A DNA stretch of 64,000 bases from Planctomycetota bacterium (GTDB taxonomy: Bacteria; Planctomycetota; B15-G4; SIAN01). The stretch spans positions 64,001-128,000 of the forward strand of contig JANNXA010000049.1 in NCBI GenBank assembly GCA_031409275.1, read 5' to 3'. The position numbers and the translations under genes are program-made. The notes beneath the pieces are model-generated. The model was not told where the DNA came from and searched no databases. It saw only the letters and a program-made list of their open reading frames with translations. Below, in pieces: positions 56,254 to 64,000 of the stretch. Every line of letters begins with the position of its first letter. The first letter of the stretch is position 1.

Positions 56254-57000
56254 TCAGGGAGGCGAAGCCCTTTCCGTTCCGTAGTCGCCGCGCCGAGCGT
56301 GGCGGCGAATGGCGAGCAGCTCGGCGAAGCTCTTCAGCATGGCGCTGCCGACACGGACGCGGCTGTCCGGCCGATCGGCCCAACGCACGGGCAGTTCCGC
56401 GACGCGCAGCCCCAGCCGGTGCGCGAGGAAGAGGATCTCCGCGTCGAACGACCAGCGATCCAGGCGTTGGCGCGTGAAGATCGCCTGCGCCGCCGCGGCG
56501 CGAAAGCCCTTGAAGCCGCACGTGAAATCGGAGACTTCGAGCCCGAGCACCGCGTTGGCGAGCCGGGTGTAGCTGCGGCCGAGCTGCACGCGGTACCACG
56601 GCTGCGGCCGCTCGATGCGCGCCTGCGGGTGCTTGCGCGTGCCGACGGCGACATCCGCTCCCGCCGCCAGCTCGGCACGGAAGCGCTCGAGCTCTGTCAG
56701 CGGAGTGGAAAGGTCGGCATCGAAGAAGAAGATCGGATCGCCGCGCGCCGCGAGCATGCCGGCTCGCACCGCGGCCCCTTTGCCGCGGTTGGTCGGCAAG
56801 CTCGCGACGCGCAACGGCAGGCGGTCAGCCAGAGCCCGCGCGAGGTCGGCGCTGGCGTCGCGGCTCCCGTCGTCCGCGACCACGATCTCGAAGTCGCCTG
56901 GCGCGATGGCGGTGAGATGGGCCCCGACGGCGAGCAGGGTCGCCTGCAGGCACGCCGCCTCGTTGTAGACCGGGATGACGACGCTCAACACGGCGATCAT
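56254..57000 (-). CDS. Dolichyl/polyprenyl-phosphate beta-glucosyltransferase-like GT2
   Basis: SVVIPVYNE, ADDGSRD, NRGKGAAVRAG, FFDADLSTP, DFTCGFKGF, WSFDAE, ELPVRW. Confidence 0.92.
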   Translation of the reverse strand: MIAVLSVVIPVYNEAACLQATLLAVGAHLTAIAPGDFEIVVADDGSRDASADLARALADRLPLRVASLPTNRGKGAAVRAGMLAARGDPIFFFDADLSTPLTELERFRAELAAGADVAVGTRKHPQARIERPQPWYRVQLGRSYTRLANAVLGLEVSDFTCGFKGFRAAAAQAIFTRQRLDRWSFDAEILFLAHRLGLRVAELPVRWADRPDSRVRVGSAMLKSFAELLAIRRHARRGDYGTERASPP

Positions 57001-57124
57001 GCGTCCGCAAGGAGGGGCACGGCTTCGAAGGTGGGGTAGCCTAGCCTGCGTCGGCGAGCCGTCGCACGGCGCGGGCGACGCGAGGCAAGAAATTCGCGGC
57101 CGCGACCGCGAGGAGGGGCAGCGG

Positions 57125-59968
57125 GTGACGACGAGCGCGCAACCAGCCGATCGCGACCGTCGCGGACTCGCGTGGTTCCTCGTCCTGCTCGCGGCCGCGA
57201 TCGCGCTGTGGCTGGGATCCGCGCTGCGAGGCGACCTCTTCGTCTCGACCGAGCTCGTGTGGCGGTCGGTCCAGCCGTGGAGCGGCCTCGCTCCGCCGCC
57301 GCCGGTCCACAACCTGAACCTCGCCGATCCGCCCACTGTCTGGTGGCCGATGCAGCTCTTCAACCGCGAGCTGCTTCGGGCGTGGCTGGCGGGCGGGCCG
57401 CCGCCGCTGTGGCTGCCCGAGAGCTTTTCGGGTGCCCCTTGGCTCGGGAATCCGCAGTCGGCGCTCTGCTCCCCATTCACCTGGCTCTTCGTCGCGCTGC
57501 CGCCGATCGCCGGTTTCGCCGTCGTGGCGGCGGTGAAGTGGCTGCTCGCCGGTCTTGGAGCCTGGTTCCTCGCGCGGCGCTTCGGCGCCTCGCCGACGGC
57601 GCGCGCGCTCGCCGGCTTCGCGTTCGCGTTCTGCGGCTACCAGGTGGTCTGGATCAATTCACCGCTCACCAACGTGAGCGTGCTCGCGCCGTGGCTGCTT
57701 CTGGGACTCGAGCGGTTGGTCGAGCGGCCGAGCGCGGGTCGGACCGCGGTCGCGGCGCTGATCAGCTGGCAGGTCCTGGTCGGCGGCCATCCGGAAACGG
57801 CGTTCTGGGTCGCGATCACCGGCGCCATCGTCGCCACCGCCCGCTGGTTCGTGCTGCCGGCCGGTCGCGGGCGGGCGCTGCTCGCGCTAGGGGGCGCAGC
57901 GGCGCTGGCCGCATTGCTGGCCGTGGTGCAATGGTGGCCGTTCCTCGATTACGCCATGCACAGCCACGGCAATGAGCTGCGTCGACTGACGCCGAACCTG
58001 TTGCGACCGGCGGGGGGGTGGCTGCGCATCGCGTGGGTACCGCCGCTGCTGCTCGCGTGGGCGAGCGGTGCGTGGGCGCAGCGCCGCGCGGCCGCTGGCG
58101 CGTCGGCGCTCGGCCCGGCGCTGCTCGCGCTCGCCTTCGCGATGGGGTGCGGCGCGTCGCTGCGGATCGGCGGCCTCCAGTCCTCCACGCTGCTCGCGTT
58201 CTTGCCTGACTTGAACGGCCGCTCGCTCGACGGCGGCAGCTACGACGGGCCACTCACCTATTGCGACGTGGTCGGCGCCTTCGTTGGAACCGCCCTCGGA
58301 CTGCTGGCGTTGGGGGCGGCCTTCGTGCGGCGCGGCGACTGGCGCGTGCGCGCGCTGCTGATCGCGAGCTTCGTCGGCTGCTTCCGCTACGTCCGTTGGC
58401 CCGGCCTCGCGGAGTTCGCCGAGGCGCAGCCGACGTTGGCGACGATCGGCTCGTCGCGCGCGCTCGGCGTCCTGGCGCTGGCGTTGGCGCTGCTCGGCGC
58501 TCTCGCGTTCGACGAGCTGCGCTCGGCGCCACGGCGGCTGGCGGTGGCGACCGGCGGCGCGTTGCTGCTGCTGCTGGCGCTCACGTTCACGCCGATCGCG
58601 CACGGAGCCGCGCCGGTCGCGGCAACGGGCACGGTTGGAGTCGATCGGCACGGCGAACTCCGGCTGCCGGACAACCTGTGCGACGGCGGCCGCAGCGGTG
58701 TTGGCGCCGAGATCGGCGGAACGGCACCGACGGGCACTTCGACAGTGCGCCTGAGCGTGAACGGCCACGAGATGGTGCGGCTGACCCCGTCGGTGACGGG
58801 AGCGTTCGAATGGCGGTGGCTCGGCAGCCCGCGTCTGGAAGAGGGGTGGTACTGGTTCGTCGCCGAAGCGCTGGCGGCCGATGGTTCGGCGGTTCCTTTC
58901 GCGAACGGCGGCGTGGCTGCGCGCCATCCGTTGCGGTGGCCGCCGCGCTCGTGGCTGCATGTCGGCGCGTTCGCGCTGGTGCTGCTGCTGGCGGCGGGGC
59001 GTGCACGCGCGACGGCGACGGTGCTGCTGCTGGTGACGTTGCTCGAGCTTGCGTGGTTTGGCGCGCGCTATCAGGCGACGACGCCGCGCGATCGCATTCC
59101 GGCCGCGGTCGAGCCGATCCCGTGGCTGATGGAGCAGCGCGCGCGACTGGGGCCCTATCGCCTCTTCACCTCGCGCACCCACCTCCATCCGAGCCTCCAT
59201 CTGCCGTACGGTCTCGAGGTCGTACGCGGCTACGACGCCCTCGAACCGCTCGACTACGTGCGCCTGCTCGAGCAGCTGAACGCGCGCGGCGTCGTCCCGT
59301 GGTTCGAGATGGACTTCGGAACGCTCGACTTCGCCGGCGCACGTGGCGCCGCGATCGCCGACGTGCTGGGAATCCGCTGGTTCCTGAGCGAGGAGCCGCC
59401 GCCGCCGGCGTTCCGCGAGGTGTGGCGGCGCGGCACGCTGGCGCTGTGGGAGAACATGAGCGCACTGCCGCGCGCGTTCACGGTGCAGCAAGGGCGGCCG
59501 CTGCGTGAAGTGACCGCGAGCGGGCTCGATCCGCGGCGCGTGGCCGCGTGGGACGACGCTCCGGCGGCGGATGGCGCGCCGCGGTCCCGCGAGTTCGAGG
59601 GGCGCGCGCGCGTCGTGGCGATGGCCCACGAGCGCGGCCACCTTCGAGCGGAAGTCGAAAGCGACGCGGGCACGATCGTCGTCTTCAGCGAGAACTTCGG
59701 CGGCTGGCAGGCGACCGTGGATGGGTTGCCGACGGCCATCGAGAAGAGCCACCTGGCGCTGCAGAGCGTCGTGGTGCCAGGCGGCGGGCGCCACATCGTC
59801 GAGTTCCGCTATCGACCCCGCTCGGTCATGGTCGGCGGGTGGGTCAGCGCCGCCGGGCTGCTGGCAGTGCTGGCGTTGCTGGGAGTCGCCTGGCGGCGCC
59901 GTGGGGAGAGCGGTGGGCGCGAGCCGCAGCCCGGGCGCAGCGAACTTCCTTTCAGCACCCCGACCTGA
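57125..59968 (+). CDS. YfhO-family polytopic membrane protein (GT-C-like) with an Ig-like insert
   Basis: PPLWLPESFSGAPWLGNPQSALCSP, GGHPE, many TMs, GYDAL, C-terminal FSENFGGWQATVDG...VEFRYRP. Confidence 0.85.
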   Translation: MTTSAQPADRDRRGLAWFLVLLAAAIALWLGSALRGDLFVSTELVWRSVQPWSGLAPPPPVHNLNLADPPTVWWPMQLFNRELLRAWLAGGPPPLWLPESFSGAPWLGNPQSALCSPFTWLFVALPPIAGFAVVAAVKWLLAGLGAWFLARRFGASPTARALAGFAFAFCGYQVVWINSPLTNVSVLAPWLLLGLERLVERPSAGRTAVAALISWQVLVGGHPETAFWVAITGAIVATARWFVLPAGRGRALLALGGAAALAALLAVVQWWPFLDYAMHSHGNELRRLTPNLLRPAGGWLRIAWVPPLLLAWASGAWAQRRAAAGASALGPALLALAFAMGCGASLRIGGLQSSTLLAFLPDLNGRSLDGGSYDGPLTYCDVVGAFVGTALGLLALGAAFVRRGDWRVRALLIASFVGCFRYVRWPGLAEFAEAQPTLATIGSSRALGVLALALALLGALAFDELRSAPRRLAVATGGALLLLLALTFTPIAHGAAPVAATGTVGVDRHGELRLPDNLCDGGRSGVGAEIGGTAPTGTSTVRLSVNGHEMVRLTPSVTGAFEWRWLGSPRLEEGWYWFVAEALAADGSAVPFANGGVAARHPLRWPPRSWLHVGAFALVLLLAAGRARATATVLLLVTLLELAWFGARYQATTPRDRIPAAVEPIPWLMEQRARLGPYRLFTSRTHLHPSLHLPYGLEVVRGYDALEPLDYVRLLEQLNARGVVPWFEMDFGTLDFAGARGAAIADVLGIRWFLSEEPPPPAFREVWRRGTLALWENMSALPRAFTVQQGRPLREVTASGLDPRRVAAWDDAPAADGAPRSREFEGRARVVAMAHERGHLRAEVESDAGTIVVFSENFGGWQATVDGLPTAIEKSHLALQSVVVPGGGRHIVEFRYRPRSVMVGGWVSAAGLLAVLALLGVAWRRRGESGGREPQPGRSELPFSTPT

Positions 59969-60064
59969 GCGGCCGACGACTTGGACGACGCTGCCGGCGG
60001 TGCGCCCCCTGATCGCTAGGGGAGCGGCGGATCCGGCGGCATCTCGCAGTTCGTGCGCGATCCG

Positions 60065-60070
60065 GGAGGT
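60065..60070 (+). promoter_or_regulatory. Shine-Dalgarno sequence of prkA
   Basis: GGAGGT 6 nt upstream of ATG 60077. Confidence 0.7.
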
Positions 60071-60076
60071 CCTGCC

Positions 60077-62119
<2,043 letters not shown>

Positions 62120-62128
62120 GGGGCTTCC

Positions 62129-63208
62129 GTGACCCGCCGCATCGATCGCGACCGCTCGCGCTTCCGCGACATCGTGCGCGGCAAGATCAAGCACGACCTG
62201 AAGCGCTTCGTCGCGCAGGGCGAGATGTTCGGGCGCAAGGGCAAGGACCTGATCTCGATCCCCCTGCCCGGGATCGAGCTGCCGCACTTCCGCTTCGGTG
62301 ACAACAAGAAGGAAGGGGTCGGGCAGGGCGACGGCGAGGCGCAGCCGGGAGAGGGCAAGGCGGGCGAGCTGCCGGGCGAGCACGCGCTCGAAGTCGAGGT
62401 GCCGTTGTCGGAGCTCGCGGCGCTGCTGGGCGAGGAACTCGAGCTGCCGCGCATCCAACCGAAGGGCAAGAGCGAGCTGCAGGCGCCGGTCGGGCGCTAC
62501 GTCGGCATCCGGCGCACCGGTCCGGAGAGCCTCCGCCACGCCAAGCGCACCTTGCGCTCCGCGCTGCGCCGGCAGCTCATCGCCGGCACCTTCGATCCGC
62601 AAGACCCGTGCATCGTGCCGATCCGCGCCGACCGCCACTACCGCAGCTGCAAGCCGAAAGCGGCGCCGGAGAGCGCTGCGGCCGTCATCTACATGATGGA
62701 CGTGTCGGGAAGCATGGGCAACGAGCAGAAGGAGATCGTGCGCATCGAGGCGTTCTGGATCAACGCGTGGCTGAAGAGTCAGTACAAGAGCCTCGAGATC
62801 CGTTACATCGTCCACGACGCGGCGGCACGCGCGGTCGACGAGCAGACCTTCTTCCACCTGCGCGAGTCCGGCGGAACCAAGATCAGCTCCGCCTACGAGC
62901 TGTGCGCGCAGCTGATGCGTGACGAGTTCCCGGCGTCGAACTGGAACGTCTATCCGTTCCACTTCAGCGATGGCGACAACTGGTCGGGTCGCGACACCGA
63001 GCGCTGCATCGAGCTGCTGCAGAAGGAGCTCCTGCCCGGTTGCAACGTCTTCTGCTACGGGCAGGTGCGCAGCGCCTACGGGTCGGGGCAGTTCAAGAAG
63101 GACCTCGATGCCGCGCTCGGCAAGGACGAGCGGCTGCTCACCTCCGACATCCCCGATCGCGACGGGATCCTGGCGTCGATCAAGTGCTTCCTCGGCAAGG
63201 GGCGCTGA
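62129..63208 (+). CDS. yeaH: YeaH/YhbH (DUF444) vWA-like protein
   Basis: GVGQGDG, MMDVSGSM, ESGGTKISSAY, WNVYPFHFSDGDNW; lies between prkA and spoVR. Confidence 0.93.
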   Translation: MTRRIDRDRSRFRDIVRGKIKHDLKRFVAQGEMFGRKGKDLISIPLPGIELPHFRFGDNKKEGVGQGDGEAQPGEGKAGELPGEHALEVEVPLSELAALLGEELELPRIQPKGKSELQAPVGRYVGIRRTGPESLRHAKRTLRSALRRQLIAGTFDPQDPCIVPIRADRHYRSCKPKAAPESAAAVIYMMDVSGSMGNEQKEIVRIEAFWINAWLKSQYKSLEIRYIVHDAAARAVDEQTFFHLRESGGTKISSAYELCAQLMRDEFPASNWNVYPFHFSDGDNWSGRDTERCIELLQKELLPGCNVFCYGQVRSAYGSGQFKKDLDAALGKDERLLTSDIPDRDGILASIKCFLGKGR

Positions 63209-63230
63209 GGCGCTGCGGAGGGATCACGTC

Positions 63231-64000
63231 ATGAACCTGACCCGCGACCTCGAGCGAGCGCGCATCGAGATCGAGCGCCACGCGCGCGAGTTCGGGCTCG
63301 ACTTCTTCCCGACCATCTTCGAGCTGGTCGACCACGACGAGCTCAACGAGGTCGCGGCGTTGGGCGGCTTCCCGACCCGCTACCCGCATTGGCGCTTCGG
63401 GATGGAGTTCGACCGGCTCCAGAAGGGCTACCGCTACGGGCTGTCGAAGATCTACGAACTGGTCATCAACAACGACCCGTGCTTCGCCTACCTGATGAAG
63501 AGCAACGCGCTGGTCGACCAGAAACTGGTCATGGCGCACGTCTACGGCCACTGCGACTTCTTCAAGAACAACGTCTACTTCGCCCACACCGATCGGAAGA
63601 TGGTCGACCGGATGGCCAACCACGGCACCATCCTGCGCAAGTTGATCGAGCGGCATGGCTTGACCGAAGTCGAGGCGTTCCTCGATCGCTGCCTCGCGCT
63701 CGACAACCTGATCGATCCGCACTCGGCGGCGCTGCGCCGCGTCCCGTCGACCACGACGGCGTCATCGCCGTCGGGAGGCGAGAGCGATTCGCCTCGCCCT
63801 GGACCGGCGCGCCTGCCCGCCAAGGGCTACATGGATCGTTACGTCAATCCGGGCCGCTTCCTCGAGGCGCAGCGCAAGAAGGAGCAGGACCGGCAGGAGC
63901 GCTCGGAGCGTTTCCCGGCGCGTCCGCAGCGCGACGTGCTGAAGTTCCTGCTCGAACACGCGCCGCTCAAGCACTGGCAGCAGGAGGTGCTGTCACTGGT
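63231..64000 (+). CDS. spoVR: SpoVR/YcgB family protein, 3'-truncated by the window edge (absent from the ORF track)
   Basis: My translation: MNLTRDLE...FGLDFFPTIFE...GGFPTRYPHWRFGMEF...GLSKIYELVINNDPCFAYL...LVMAHVYGHCDFFKNN; no stop seen before 64000. Confidence 0.93.
   Translation, partial: MNLTRDLERARIEIERHAREFGLDFFPTIFELVDHDELNEVAALGGFPTRYPHWRFGMEFDRLQKGYRYGLSKIYELVINNDPCFAYLMKSNALVDQKLVMAHVYGHCDFFKNNVYFAHTDRKMVDRMANHGTILRKLIERHGLTEVEAFLDRCLALDNLIDPHSAALRRVPSTTTASSPSGGESDSPRPGPARLPAKGYMDRYVNPGRFLEAQRKKEQDRQERSERFPARPQRDVLKFLLEHAPLKHWQQEVLSL

Overview
GC-rich (about 70% by eye), densely coding bacterial window with about 50 genes. The gene content (CRTAC1/ASPIC-UnbV, Thr-type sulfatase-TPR, FG-GAP, YHS, YfhO proteins) suggests Planctomycetota or a similar lineage; this is inference. 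From left to right: the 3' end of an RdgC-like gene; an MCE-like gene with a fused MlaF-MlaE ABC transporter; a TPR/CRTAC1 pair; an intergenic repeat block with two attC-like hairpins; a TPR-zincin gene divergent from a single-AAA Clp ATPase; YHS, GalT/HIT-like, TPR and purple acid phosphatase genes; a minus-strand run of sulfatase-TPR, B12 radical SAM, BMP-family nucleoside ABC importer and CCA-type nucleotidyltransferase; small proteins; a subtilase; and a beta-CASP nuclease. A ~31 kb surface-glycan region (29.2-60.0 kb) follows: wzm/wzt, 7 GT2, 4 Cys-rich GT4, a GNAT, 2 PIG-L deacetylases, an FG-GAP gene, lepB, 2 YfhO-like membrane proteins, a hybrid kinase, 2 methyltransferases and an FAD oxidoreductase. 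The window ends with prkA-yeaH-spoVR. I saw no rRNA, tRNA, transposase, integrase or CRISPR/cas. The best leads are (1) an orphan B12 radical SAM with a putative RRE, (2) a D2-only Clp ATPase that keeps an MGF ClpP-docking-like motif, (3) paired attC-like hairpins with no integrase, (4) the MlaFE fusion and (5) a glycan system with four GT4 paralogs sharing a 4-Cys motif. All family calls come from reading motifs by eye, not from database searches.
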